64,000 bases of DNA from Tubiluchus corallicola (GCA_030141605.1 JAQGDQ010000010.1:1302001-1366000), one strand, 5' to 3'; shown: positions 37,373-51,300, counted from the stretch's first letter. Notes: generated from the letters alone by a model not told the origin. Made by a program: numbers and translations.

Positions 37373-39516
37373 TAAAGTGTTTCTCCCTTGTGTATTTATC
37401 TGCTGAGCTTTTGTGTGTTTTCTACGTGTTTGCATCCTTTTTATGTGTTAATAATCTCCCATAAACATATAAAAATGTGCTCAGTAGTATAGTAATCCTT
37501 GTGATCATTTTCTGTTTTTTCTTCTTTTTATGTCACCTGAAGACTACATTGTACCTTTTCTTTCTTGTCCTTGTTTTTTCATTGTGGATTTTTATTCGCT
37601 ACTGGTATCTCCCATTTCTTATCCTCTACTCAGAAAACGGAAGTTAACAATAGTTGAGGGCACTGCTATTTTTTCAGGAAAATAATGGTACGCTACCCTC
37701 AGCTATATAAGGTGGCATTTTGTATTTTTGTATGGTAGGCGTTATGTTACACACAAACATTAACGTTATTCGGAAGTAACGTTGAACAATAGTAATTTTG
37801 TATAGTAATAACGTAAATCAGTAAGCCTATGTTATGGTCTGTGAAATGAAAAGCACATTCTATAACCACGCTTACCTAATTTATTTCAATTAGAATGGCA
37901 TAATTGCTCGATATAGTATAACATTTCAGTATCTTCTTTTTACAGTACATCATTTTGTCAGTACAAAATGGTCAGCATTTGCAGCTAAGCTTTACATTAC
38001 ATTTACATTAGTTCCACATTTATCTGCTGTCTTTGTATTATGTACTACATGCAGATCTAACATGCATAAAATTCCTTTCTTTCTTCTTTTTACAATCTCA
38101 GTAAGTTCTATATTGCCTGTCACGTTTGCAAAATCGCAAGACAACAAAGTACTACGGTTCTTTTGACTGTATGCTTTTTCTAACCAATCCCTACTTTCTT
38201 AAATGCTTATCATGAATGCAAAGTTTACTCTAGTGTATTCTAAACTACGTAAATATACTCTGGTCTAGCTCTGACGTACTTACTTTGTATGTTGCTGACG
38301 TAGATGGTAATGATGAATTGATTGATACACAGGAAAAAACTTTATTTTGCCTGTTAAAGATATTTGAAAACTAATTTCACACACACCTACTACTATATGG
38401 GTACCGACGTGATTAGTCCTTGAAAAAAAGTCTGTATAGCCCCTGGGAACTGGCTCTGTATGCTGTCTGCCAAGCCGACTTTATGTTTGCTCGGCAAATT
38501 TCCATTACACTTCCATAGCAAGGATAAACCGTGGCCAAGGTCGTGGCCCTGCATATAATACCTTCCGCCAGTGTTGTGTATAAATTTGTAGTTTAATAAT
38601 AATATTGCTACATGGACCTTGCTTGAAGCATCACATAACAGTCAAAAATGGAATATTTACTATGTGCCGTAACGGGAATGTAAACGATAACTTAGAGACA
38701 ATTAATGTGTTACGACACCTTTATTATAAATTCGTGTTGGATTTAGGTTCAATTAATTAGAATTACTATAATAGGCACTTGGCGATAAAAGGAATAGCTG
38801 TGACATGTAATTTCACAGCTTTCTTTAAGTTGCGTTGTAACGGCATTATTTAGGCTTAAGCAGCCCCAGATCAGGGCTCCTGAAGGAGTAACGTAATAGA
38901 AAAACAGGCTCTAAAACGAACATCGGGGATTTAAAAACACCCATATGATGATTCTTATTCTTGTTAATATTTGCTTATGTTAGGCATCGAGTTTCCTTAG
39001 GCATTCACAGAAACACAGAAGGCTAGGGCCATTGTTGGGTAAACGTCTGGGATAGGATTTCAGATAATGGTTTGGTGAACGATGACCTCGGTATAGGGTC
39101 GAGGATACAGGACATCAGTCAGCTCTAGTGGCTTGCTGACTGCTGACCTGTCAACTACTAATTCTACCCACCCAATGATCTGTGGTGCGCGCACTTTCCA
39201 TGTAGTGTCTACAAGGAATAGAAAATAGGCTGTGATTTCCGCTTTCAGTTATAACAGAACAAAGTTCACATGAGCAGCGCAGCTCACAAAATATTGAGCT
39301 GTAATTCTGACGCGTTGATTTAGTAATACTACAGGTTGACATAAAGTACAAGTTTAGTAAAACTACACGACGAACAGTATTTTGTATGAAAAGAATGATC
39401 AAATATTGCAATCACGCTACTGTAACGGCACTATAACAAGTTTGTACGCAATCAACTCTCAATATCACTTGCGAAGCTATTCTTGATGTTGATTAGCGAT
39501 TGACATATCATAGTTG

Positions 39517-40814
39517 ATGGCGTCAGTTGTTCCGATTATACTGCTTATTAGCATCCTGGGAATAATATTTTTGGCTTCGCGTAACACCTCGAGCTATCAA
39601 TGGCGTCGAAGTCAGGATGCTGCCGCTTTCCGTGTTGTCTGGAATTCTCCTAGTCTAGAATGCAAGCATAAGTATGGCATTGACATCGAGGCTTTACTCA
39701 GACGTCATCAGATCTCGGTGAATGACAATCAGAGCTTCGCAGGTGATGAGGTCACGCTGTTCTATCACCTTGGTTTGTTTCCTTATTACAAGAACGGGAT
39801 AGCCGTTAATGGAGGAATTCCACAGGTATTTTTAGAATAAGTGCACTTTCATTAATAATAAGCTTGTGAGTCGTGAGAAATGATGACAAGTTTATAAATG
39901 TAGACTTCGTTTCAAGTGACGTCACCAATGACTTATGTGGTATGCCAAGATGTTAATAGCCAGTGAACCATCTCAGTGTGGACAGGTTTTTCGGTGCACG
40001 TCCCGGGGAAAGGGTAATTAGTAGTGAGTACCTACTGTATTAGATCTTGATTTGTTTATCTTTAGTTTGATTGTGCCTCGTATTTATTTTTCTTCCATGT
40101 CTGGTAAACAACACTATGTCTAAGAAGTTTTCAACAATTTGAAGGTTTGTTGTTTAAACTTATGACATGATTTAGGTTTAATTTATCTGAAAAACAGCTA
40201 CGCTCTAGTGATTAACTACAGTTTTGCTGTATGAGAGTCTGTCTTTGAAAGTATTTTTAATTTTGATCCAAAAGGGAGCGCATCACCCTGATTGATTTTG
40301 AATAATATCCTTTTGATCATCACAAATTTGTTCATTAAATTTTGATCGTTTCTATAGACAAAAATAGGTGTTTTTGGAGTGTGTCTTTTTGTGAACGTTT
40401 AAAAAGTATTTAAATAGTAAAAAATATCATGAACATGTCACACTTTGCTTGCTAAACCCAAAAACAGCAACTCCAGGCTGACACTTAAAATCCCACTCGT
40501 GATTCGAACCCACATCTTTTGCCTCAAGGTACGCCCTATAGAGGAACCTAGGGCCAACTCATTCAGTTTATAAATTACTATCATCTGTGTCCTACTACCT
40601 CACCGCTCGGCTAGTAGTGCTAGTTTGGGAATTGTTGGAGTAAATCTGGTTTAAATAAAGTACAAAAAACCATCAAATAAACCCGTAATTCATTAACATG
40701 AAAGCTTGTAAAGAGCTACATAGTGATGGTGCTGGTGATGCTGAAAGAGGAGGAGGAGAAGAAGGATGACGATGACGACGATGACGACGATGGTGACAAC
40801 GACGACGCCGACGG

Positions 40815-40848
<34 letters not shown>

Positions 40849-43800
40849 AGTGATGGTGATGGTGATGGTGATGGTGATGGTGATGGTGATGGTGATGATG
40901 GATGTAGTCGATTATGGTTACGATGACACTGGTGGCGGTAATAGTGGTTGGCGGTGGCGATGGTGATGGTGAACAGCTAAGGGTGGGCGTGCTAAATAGA
41001 AATTAAATGATGAAACTGATTCGAGTAATTTCCAAGAATGTTGGTTGTAGTAATATACCACGAGAATATGTAGAAGAGGAAATTGTTGTTTATCCGATAT
41101 TATAATATAGGTCTCAGAAACTATGATCGATAAAATAAGAGGTATAACGACATGTAAAAGGCGTATGATTATGAGGGAAAGGTGATGGAAATAACAAGAA
41201 ATTTCGGATGCATTTCGGGTGGCCAACTGCTGGTAGGAAAAAGGTTTATCTTAATAGTAAGGTGTTTATGTTAAGTGAAAATGGTAATAGACGATGACAT
41301 TTAAGAGTTTGGGACTGTCTTTTTCAAAAAGAAGGTGATACTGTGTTGATTGAAGTAAATAGTACATTTTCGAGCAACAATTAGTGAATTTCACTTTATG
41401 CAAGAAATCGCTCTTAGTGAAGTGAAAAAAACATTGAAGGGAATTACAAAAGGAAAGACGTGTGGTAGCGATCAAATAGCTGGTGAATTTCTGACTAAGC
41501 GGAAACCCCAAGAGTCTTTGTATAAGGCCCTGAATAATATCCTGATTTTTAAATGTATACTTTCTTTGTGGAAAAGTGATTTGGTTAGTGTTATTCATAA
41601 AAGAGACGACGTTGAAATACATAGTGGAAAATTATAGACCATATGACAATAACTTTTATTGAGAATTTTGAAAGACTGATTGGTTAGTGCAATGGAACAT
41701 AACAATGTGGTATCTATTATGTAAAATGGGTTTCGTTCAAATAAAAGATTAAAAGATAATTGCGTCATAATTCCTCTGCTTAAGGAAATAGCTCAAAACA
41801 GAAAGGTCTGTTAGACTTGGAAAACACACACAGAAAGCACATTTGGAAAAGAAATAAATTATGGCGAGTATTGGAGCGACTGGGATTTGAGAAAATCTGT
41901 AGAATTTTGGAAAAAGTGGTACCCAGAGTCTGAAATTGAGTTGCCTTGGAGCGGTATAAAATGTAAGAAAACTGAGTTACAGCAGTGGTACAATAAGGTG
42001 ACCCAATGTCGCCTGCTTTTTGCTTTGTGCTTGAGTTACTGGATGATACATGGTTAGTTAACCAAGACTTTTCTTTGAAAGTTGAGTAACGGCAAAAGCA
42101 AGTATAGCAACTTTGGAAATAAATGTTTAGATGGAAGGTGGCTGAACAGGATAGATATTGTGGATGAGGTTTAGAGTAGCACACTTTTGAACATATTTTT
42201 GTTACGTCATATTTTTTATGGAAGTGAGAATGGAAAGGTTGTTTGAGAAGGTGTTTCAGATGACGAAGCATGTAAGTTTCAAAATTGCTTCAAATTGCTG
42301 CTTATTGTTTCAAAATATTGTTACTTATTGTTTCTAGACACTGAACTGAATTGATTCTTTTACAGCTAGGAAATCTGACAGGCCATCTTCGGAAGTTAGA
42401 TAACGATGTTCATAGTGTAATTCCACGAAGATATTACGACGGACTAGCAGTGATCGATTTCGAATCTTGGAGGCCATTGTGGGATCTAAACTTTGACGCG
42501 TTGGCAATTTATCGAAAACATTCTATTGATCTGGTAAGCGAAAAACGTTTTTATTTATTTTAAGATTTTACATACTGTAATTAAAGTGGATTGATGATTT
42601 TAACGATGCTGGCAATGATGCTGTGCTGTTGGTGTTAATGTTGTTTGTGTTGTAATCGTCGTCATCATCATCATCATCATTGTCGTTATCATCATGATCA
42701 CTATGTGGTGTGGTGGGTTTAGTTAACTGGGTCTGGTGTGGTGTGGGTGTTGTGCTGTGAGTGGAACGGTGGGTTGGTGTGGTGTGGCGTGGTGTGGAGT
42801 GGGTAATGTAATGTGGGTGGTGTGGGGGTGGATGTGGTATGGTTTGTCATTGTGGGCTTATCTGCAAAATTTTTTTAGGTGTCGTCATAGTCGTCGTCAT
42901 CATCATCGCCATCATCATCGTCATCATCACCATCATGATCACCAATTGATGTGGTGGGTTTGGTGTGGTGTTGTGTTGTGTTGCAGTATAGTATGGGAGG
43001 TGTGGTGCGGTGTGATGTGGTGTGGGTTGTTGTTGTGAGTTTATGCGCAAAATTGTTTTGCGGGGTTTCGCTACTACTTTAATTAAAGTGGGTTGCCAGA
43101 TTTTTTTTGAAGGGGCAGTCTCGCTTTTCCTGCTACCTTATATATATGGGCAATTGCATGGTTAGTAACGTTGCATTTGAAGGATGTTCTCATATTTTTA
43201 ATAACAGCCATTTCTTTATCTATTGATATTAAGTCTCACTCTTGTTACAATACATCAATCTAGTGTAGACCTAGAATAGAGAAAAAAATGAAAACATTTC
43301 ATGAAATAATTAAGAAGAAATTAATGAGCATCTTTGAATGAAAAGTTTCCTAAAATGTAATATGCTTCAAAGGTATTAACATCTCTTCATCACTTCTACC
43401 TTTAAGGGTAATATGCAAGCCAAATATCTTTACTCATTATAACTGTCTCAAAATTAGAGACGAAAATCCTGGTTAATAACTTTACAGTTTGTCCATCTGA
43501 CCATCTCGACACACTGACCATTTCAACCAGTGTATAAGAAAAATTCACTCATATAATGGTTAGTAACGTTTACAGCTTGGTTAGTGACGCTACATAGTTA
43601 GTAACGTTACACATTTTGACTGCTAATATTTTTAATTTCTATCATGATTAGTGATACTTGTTTTCATATTTTAACTAGTCATTGCACACAGTAGCAAAAT
43701 TTGAAGCAATGTGGAGATTTTATATTCTCAGGAGGTAAATAAATTCACTTTTCGGTTAGTAACGTTACGTGGCTTGCAGAGGTTGGGAAAATGCAACTAT

Positions 43801-44128
43801 ATTGGTATTTTCAAGACGTATCTGTCAACTTTGCCAATATAAATCCATGAAGACATTACGCTGCCTATATGAATTTGATATTTCTGATTGGAATGCATTA
43901 TTTGTTTTGAATATATAGCTTCTTTACCATTATACAGATTTTACCAATGAAATTTAGCATGAAAGTACACTCATTCAAAAGTGAATTCAGTATCTAAAGC
44001 TAACCACATACCCTGACAAATAACTTTTCCCTGAAACTTCAATATGCCTTTTACTAAGTCAAACACAAAAATTATGGAAAAAACAAAATTGAAATTTTAG
44101 ATTCATGCCTCTCTAATTGTGGAATTGC

Positions 44129-44174
<46 letters not shown>

Positions 44175-44205
44175 GCACACGCACGCACGCACGCACGCAC
44201 GCACA

Positions 44206-44248
<43 letters not shown>

Positions 44249-47200
44249 ACACACACACACACACACTAACACATTTAGTTTTTGAATCATATATATGTAT
44301 GCATATTAGGTTTTGCATATTTTATTGCCGTTTGTAAACTGTATTAGCCGTTTAATTATCTATGTTTTTTCTATGTAGGCAATTCACCGTTTATTAATAT
44401 GTGAAATGCACACTGATGTTTTGGGCATTATCTGATAGTTTGTGTAATTGCCTATAAAGGACACATACCTGCAAACAAAATTGTCCGAGGTTTCCTAATT
44501 TTAACCGGAAATAGATTTTGCGATTGGTTACGTGACCAGTCTAATTCAGGTGAAACGAAGCGCTCAGATGACAAAACCACGCCTGTGTTCAATCTTTGAG
44601 TACTGTTTTGTATGTAGCAATATGATAAGGTACTTTGCATTTAAGTAATGTTTCTCTCATCAAGAAAGCTGAGAGATGTAAGCCTTTTTACTTTTCATAA
44701 AATATTGTCATCTAGTTTCAGTATTGTTTAATTTTCCAAATAGCGCAATTAGTTTTAAAATCTTATGTTAAACGCGGCAAACGTACTTACAATTTAATTC
44801 TTTGTTTTCAAATAAAACGTTATAAAGCTACTAAAATCTAACTCAGGACTTTTGGATCTATTTTGGCATTAAAAGTAGTGCAAAAATAATTGCCAATTCT
44901 GATACACTCTGCAATTTACTCCCTAAAACAAACGATGATCTCGATTATGTACCTTTTCTGAGCACAGATAATCAATTATAAAGTGTTACTATAGTTAAAG
45001 CAATTTCGTTACGTAGACGTTAACCGAAAGTTGCAGGCTGCGTAGTGCTTTAGCACCCACTTTAGTTTGATATTATTACTATTATAGCCAATAGTTTTGT
45101 GATTTTTTCCAACTAACTGATATATCGATTTTATCAGGAGGATGCCTCTGCTTCCGGTTAACAAGTAAATCATCAATTTTAGGTTAGGAAAGAACATCCG
45201 GACTGGAATAAGACAATAGTTGAAGCAGAAGCTAAGCTACAATTTGAATCGGCAGCTAGGTATTTTAAAACTGCATAATAAATATACTATAATTAGTTTT
45301 AATTTAGTTTCTAGTGTTATTAAATGCAATGTAAACGGCCAACAATTTGAAACATGCGTTGTGGTGTTCTTAAAGTTTGAATCAGACCTTGTCAGTTGTT
45401 TGCTTGGAAGAATAACGTTAGTAAGATTAGAATGTAACGATCTCAGATTTTGCCAGATCAGGTAAAACCATATCAAGTTGGGTCAACTCTGGTCAGAGCA
45501 AGTTAAATGATTATAGTTCAGTTCAAGAACAATGAGAACAGAGGTCACTACAACAGCACTACTTGGTCAGACAACCCAGATTGTTTTAGCATGTGCGGTT
45601 TCGCGTCTACTTAATTTGTGTTAGTACTGTGTTAACTTTGTTGTCACTGCTTGCATCTGTGATTTGATTTAACAGGGCCTTCTTTACATCTACACTGGAA
45701 TTTGCTAAATTACATCGTCCGCAAGGAAAATGGGGTTTTTATGGATTTCCAGACTGTCACAATCACAAGGGAGAAAAATTCTGCAACCGAAATATAATAG
45801 AACTTGACAATAAGTAAGTGTTTTGAATAATATGGTCTAATAATACCACTACATCAGAACTGAATAAAATTTCTGCAGGAAAAGTGAACTAGTTGCACAC
45901 ACTGCATATGTTACGTATAACATTTATGTATATTCCTTTATTTTGAAAACATTGTAATGGCTGCGATATTGTACTCTGTTGTGCTATTATTAATAACCAT
46001 GAACGTTTTTTGCTTTGTCAAGGTTACATTGGTTATTCGATAAAAGCTCCATGTTAAATCCGTCTGTCTATCTGGGGTTGGACTTGAACTCTACAGAAAG
46101 AGGTTACGTGGTTTATGCTGTGATGCAAGAATCTATTCGAGTGTCACAGAACACAGAGAAATTCGATCAGTCCGTCGTTTATCCATATATGATGTACTAT
46201 TACAGGAAAAATATTGACACAAATCTCAGAGAGGTGCAGTGCCAATTAAAGATAACCTTCGTGTAGTCTTTCCATTCATTTATTCACTCATTCACTCACT
46301 CACTCACTCACTCACTCACTCACTCACTCACTCACTCATTTATTTGACTAATTATTTACGCGTCAACAATTTTATCAGTCTTCTTTTATTTCTAAATACA
46401 TTCAATTCCTATAGGTTGATTTGGCTAACACCATCGGACAGGCTGCATTATTTGGACTAGATGGAATTGTCATTTGGGGCAGCAGTGGCGCGGTAAATAC
46501 ACTCCATAGGTGCGAGGTCCTCGCAGATTACATAGCGGAAACTTTAGGTCCATTTGCCAAGTACGTCATTACTTCAGCCCAGGCATGCAGTTTAAAGATT
46601 TGCAGCGGACATGGAAGGCACGTCTGATAATTATTTAAATTATGCATATCACCTAAAAGCCATGACACGATTTTTTAAACCAATTATTGACATGAGCTTT
46701 ATCCAATGTACTGCAAAACTATTGTCCAGTTTAATAATAGGCGCAGCAATGAAGCTCAGAATTTACTTACTGATATGACATCTATTCAGGTCTCAGGCAT
46801 CACTTCACAGTGTTGCCAGTGACCTTTTGTGCGTAGTCTTCAACGTTGTAGATTGAACAATGATATTTAAAATGTTTTATTGGGTAATCACAATTACAAA
46901 TTACACAATACACACACCGATTATAAAGATACAATTACACACATATACAGCGCTACAAAAAACCTATACCGCGTTATCCGTGTAAAGGGTGTTTCTTAGT
47001 TGTTCATATCTACATCAGTGCAAGAGCAAATGTGTTTCCGTCTTTTATTTCTTGTTTTTTCAATGAACAATGTGTGAACAATGAACACAATATTTTATAG
47101 CTCTATTAGATAGCCGTAACAGCCTATTTAACCCATTATTTTTATTCTGCTGTTGGATGAAATGTTTTCCTTTTGATAATTTTAGGTGTAGATTACGAAC

Positions 47201-47393
47201 CGACGTTCCCCAATTGTTGGGCAAGCCTACGCCAGAATTGTTGCATTTTGTCTACAAGCATCAAAAACGGATTTTGAGTGGTTTAAAACATCCTTCGCGT
47301 ACATGGTTGGGACATGATAATCAGGATGTCGCTTGCAGATGTTACGTGAGATGGACGGGTGATGACTGTCACATACCAAAACAGACAAATTGA
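39517..47393 (+). CDS. Hyaluronidase (glycoside hydrolase family 56) with C-terminal EGF-like domain, 437 aa. Exons 39517-39825, 42366-42533, 45183-45259, 45676-45813, 46023-46233, 46415-46617, 47186-47393
   Basis: FRVVWNSPSLEC, NGGIPQLGNL, GLAVIDFESWRPLW (catalytic D-x-E), FESAARAF, WGFYGFPDC, PSVYL, TIGQAALFGLDGIVIWG, CSGHGRC and CRCY..WTGDDC. The exons sum to 1314 nt in frame; the last intron needs a GC donor. Confidence 0.93.
40493..40620 (-). repeat. tRNA-derived SINE-head-like sequence (Pol III A and B boxes)
   Basis: Minus strand has GCACTAC-TAGCCGAGCGG (A box, 40613-40603) and GGTTCGAATC (B box, 40510-40501); no acceptor stem. Confidence 0.4.
40722..40972. repeat. (GAT)n/(GGTGAT)n low-complexity tract
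   Basis: Directly visible. Confidence 0.9.
41380..42270 (+). mobile_element. Heavily decayed LINE RT fragment in hyaluronidase intron 1
   Basis: EIALSEVKKTLKGITKGKTCGSDQIAGEFL, IHKRDD...YRP, GFRSNK, LWRVLERLG and QGDPMSP. Confidence 0.75.
42655..43040. repeat. (CAT)n and (GTGTG)n simple repeats
   Basis: Directly visible. Confidence 0.85.
43147..44131. mobile_element. ~1-kb non-autonomous DNA transposon inserted in (TA)n
   Basis: tatatatgggcaattgcatggttag ... ctaattgtggaattgcccatatatat; internal ggttagtaacgtt motif repeated 4-5 times. Confidence 0.7.
44131..44270. repeat. Compound (TA)n/(CACG)n/(CA)n microsatellite
   Basis: Directly visible. Confidence 0.95.
46275..46338. repeat. (CACT)n microsatellite
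   Basis: Directly visible in hyaluronidase intron 5. Confidence 0.9.
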
Positions 47394-48353
47394 TTTCACT
47401 GGAAGATTTTTGTCATGAAAACAGCCGTCTTTGATGTGAGAGCTTTTCTTCTATTTAATCTGAATTATTGACAGCGGTGATGACAGTAAGGGTGGTGGCG
47501 TCATAAATTGGTGTTACGTCAATCACACGTTTACTTTTTGCTGCACGCCAACTAATTAATGCACGCAATTTTTACCTACTGATTTGGCTTATATTGGAGT
47601 CTGGGCCTTTGAGTTTTCAAAGTCAGAGTTTGAGTCACGGAGAAACTTCTCTCCGAGTTTTGCGGCTATTTGTATTTTGATCATTCATTGACACATGCGC
47701 TTAGCCTTTGTTAGTTGATGGATTCCTATAATCTATGATTCTTAATCTAACGTCATTGCTAAATTCCGGCTTTAAATATTTTTTGCAAATTTTGTAGCTA
47801 TTTTATATTTTGATCATTCATTTTCGAAATATGCTGCTGACACAGGCATTCAGGTTTTGTTAGTACATGGACTCCTATAGATTAATATTCTTTAACCTAA
47901 CAACACTGTTTAGTTCCGGTTTTAAACAAGTTTTTACAAATTTAATCAACAATGACACATAATTAGCAGTTCTGAGTAAAAAACAAGCAAAATTCATTTG
48001 TCTTGCACGTATGCACAATTTTATTAATTACACACTTTTAACATTAAATTTGACGTAATGGCTTTTCTTTTGTAGCCTATAGTTAACGTAACGTGTCGCG
48101 TCCAGTTAATATACAGAAGTCCACGGTTAGTTCACGAATCCAAATTCCTTACACACCTAAAATGATTTGCGTAAACGACAAAAGTTCTTCAAGATAAAAT
48201 GATTTTTTGTTAGCTGTTACCTATCCAAAGACTGGCCTGGTCATAAACGGGATTGAAGTAAAAATGTTGAAGTCAGAAAACCTTTATTACGTCGTTTAAT
48301 TAGAAATGTTTCATCATAGCCCAGTTTCGAATCAATTGCTAACTTTTATAAGC

Positions 48354-51300
48354 CTAATAAGAAAACATTATTATGAAAATCCAGGCCTGTAACTTCAGAA
48401 AATATGCAGGGTTTTTTCCCGTTGCTCCTGCAGTCAGGTACCCGTGATGGATAGTGGCGACTGTGGCGTCTTTGCAATTGAAATCTTCAATCGTCACGTC
48501 TTCGTGTTTGACGGGAGGTTCATGGCAGTCAATGGCGGAGACGCGAAAACCCATTGTCTTCACCCAAACCGTGGAACAATCACAAAGAATTTTGTTGTCT
48601 AGTAATGAAAAAAGTAATAACGAGAAAGCTTTCTGCAAAGGTTTTGTTGGATATCAGAACTGGAAAAATGTAGTATTACAAACGTTATAACCACTAACAC
48701 ACTAACAAACCATAACGTGCGAACAGACCGCGTAGTGTATTGCTTATATAGAAATAATGGTGTTGCAACAAACACTATAAGTTAGAGACCCGTGTAAATG
48801 TTGTACTCGTATCAGTACAGGAAGAATCACAAAATTGGCGTGCCGAGTTACATGGATCTGTTCTATGCCTATCTATGCAGGTTTTCAAATTGTTTTTTGC
48901 ACTTTGTAGATTGTTTTTTCTTTCTTTTTTAATTTTCTCGAGACGACCAAACAGTTGTAAAAATGTTTAACTTGAAGACGAATGCCGGAAATACATTTCC
49001 GAACAGCAAATTGCCTCTTGTAAATGAATGTACGAAACATCTACGAAATTATGTATTAATTACTTCTGTAGTTCCATTGTGTACATATGTAAATAGAAAA
49101 CTTGTTTTAACGCTTCATTAGTTGCTTAATGTGTGTTGAATGAAATGAATAAGTCATGGTATAAAATCCGAGGCAACAATTAAAAAACGGTACAGGTTTC
49201 TCCCGAAATGCTATATAGTTCTTTCCCCGATGTAGTAAAGGGGTAGAGTTTTCCCCGTTAAGTTAACGCAGTAAAAGGGAAGGGGTATTGTTTGTCCCCG
49301 TTATAAGGAATAAGTTTCCTACAAATGATATATTGAAATTGTAAAATGACGTGACGTCTACTAATCTTATATTGTGTTATTTTTTTACAGGAAATATTGT
49401 GAATGTTATAAAGTTGATATGTTTGTAGAATTGTAAATAAGTACATCATGATGTTTTAATTTATTGCTTATTTGTTTCATTTACTATAGACAGGAAACAT
49501 TGAATTTGGACAACAAATATTAATAATAAACCTTTCGGAAACAACCTTTTAGCTTGATACAACGTCTCTCCCTTAATTACCTGAGGAGAAAACAAACAAA
49601 AGGAACCAAAAATTAAATTCTCGACAACGAACTGGTTCATTTGTGTGAAGTTTGGCAAAGGTGTACGAGCAGTTCGGTGCGTGATAAGTCAGGCACTAAA
49701 ACGTTCAGGACATGTAAGTTTGGTACTGACAATTTTGGCACGAGGAAAATTTGTTACTGGGAAAATTTGATACTAGGAATTTTTGCTACGTGGTAATTTT
49801 AGTAGTGGTAAAATTTACTACAGAGAAAATATAGTACTAACGCAGTCTTGTCAGGCATTTTTGGTACAAGTAAATATGGTACAAGGTAAAAATGGTACGG
49901 AACAAGTTTGGTACTAGAAAAGTTTAGTACTCGCAAAGTTTGGTACTAGAAAAATTCAGTACAGAAAAAGTTTGGTAGAAGGCAAGTTTGCTATTATGAA
50001 AATATATTTCATATTACCTACTCGTACAAGTTATAGATGATCATATTGTTGCATTTTTATTTGTTTTTTGGTCGATTCCTCTTTGTTTGTTTGTCTGTTG
50101 TTTATTAGTTGTCGTTGTTGTTGTTTGTCTGTTTCTCGCTCGCTTTTTGTTGCGATTACTGCCACCACCAGCATCATCATCATCATTATTGCTGTCATCA
50201 TGTCACCATTGTTACTTTTGTCGTTTTGTTGCTGCTGTTATTGTTGTTTTGTTGTTGTCGATGTCGTTGTTTGTTGTTCGTTGTTGCTGCTGCTGGTGTT
50301 GTTTAGTTCAGTATGCGTGTTGTGTCAGGATGTCACTAAATTGGAACTGATCTGAATCAATGTTGCCACCATCACCACCACATAAGAATCGATGTCGATG
50401 TTTTCGTCATCATTATTGTTATCATTACACCATTCTCATCATCTTCATTACTATCATCATCATCAAGAAGACAGTTCTCACTCCATACTGTGGGCCTCAC
50501 CGGAAACCAAACTATGCTTATGCAGGACGTTTCTGTTCTGCGATATCATTAGCCATGAATGCTATGTTCTTATCCCAGTTTGATCTCTCCCCCCCCCCAA
50601 AAAAAAATGACCGAGCATTTTGGAAGAATAGCATTTTCATTTTTTCTGAAAGAATTCTCAGACGTACCTATATGGATGGGATAATCACGGATAAAATTTT
50701 AGCTACCACGCACTATTAATTACAGTATAATTACTGGACATTTTAATTAACCATACATTCCCAGTACCATGTTTCCTCCCTACTGAATAAACTTCTTTGT
50801 TTTCTAGTTGAAACAATTATTATATACTGAGATATAGAAATGCTGTCTTTTTCGTTTAGTACCAAAATTTTCCAGTACCAAACTTTCCTAATACCAAATT
50901 TTGCTCATACCATATTTTCCTAGTACCAAGATTTCCTTGTACCAATATTTCTTGGTGATAAATAATCCTGGTACCATAGTTTCCTCGTACCAAGCGTTTC
51001 CAGTACCACATTTTTCTAGTACCAAAAATTCCTTGTGCCTAAAGATGATAGTACCAAATTTACCTGTACCAAAAATTCCCAACACCAACTTTTCCTGGTA
51101 TCAAAATTTCCTCCTACCAAAATTACCAGTACCAAACATTTTTGTACCAAACTTTCCTACATGCAGTAGTTCTCATTCAAAAAGTCGTCCCAGAGCTATC
51201 ATCGCGATTGTTTTCTGTCATTTTTATTTGTTTGCTCGCTTTCTTTTAATTGTTCATTATTTCACTCATTTTTTTGGATCCGAATGAATTGTGGGCATCC

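Noticed and set aside
40493-40620. Intron-containing tRNA gene
   Set aside because: A and B boxes are present but there is no acceptor or anticodon stem; treated as a SINE head.
40723-40966. Poly-Asp and poly-Met ORFs
   Set aside because: Translation of a (GAT)n microsatellite. The same applies to the CV-, TH- and His-repeat ORFs at 7703, 42736, 44072-44337 and 50068-50583.
49711-51163. CRISPR-like appearance of regularly spaced GGTAC units
   Set aside because: Eukaryotic context, degenerate ~16-nt units without unique spacers, arranged as inverted arms, and no cas genes.
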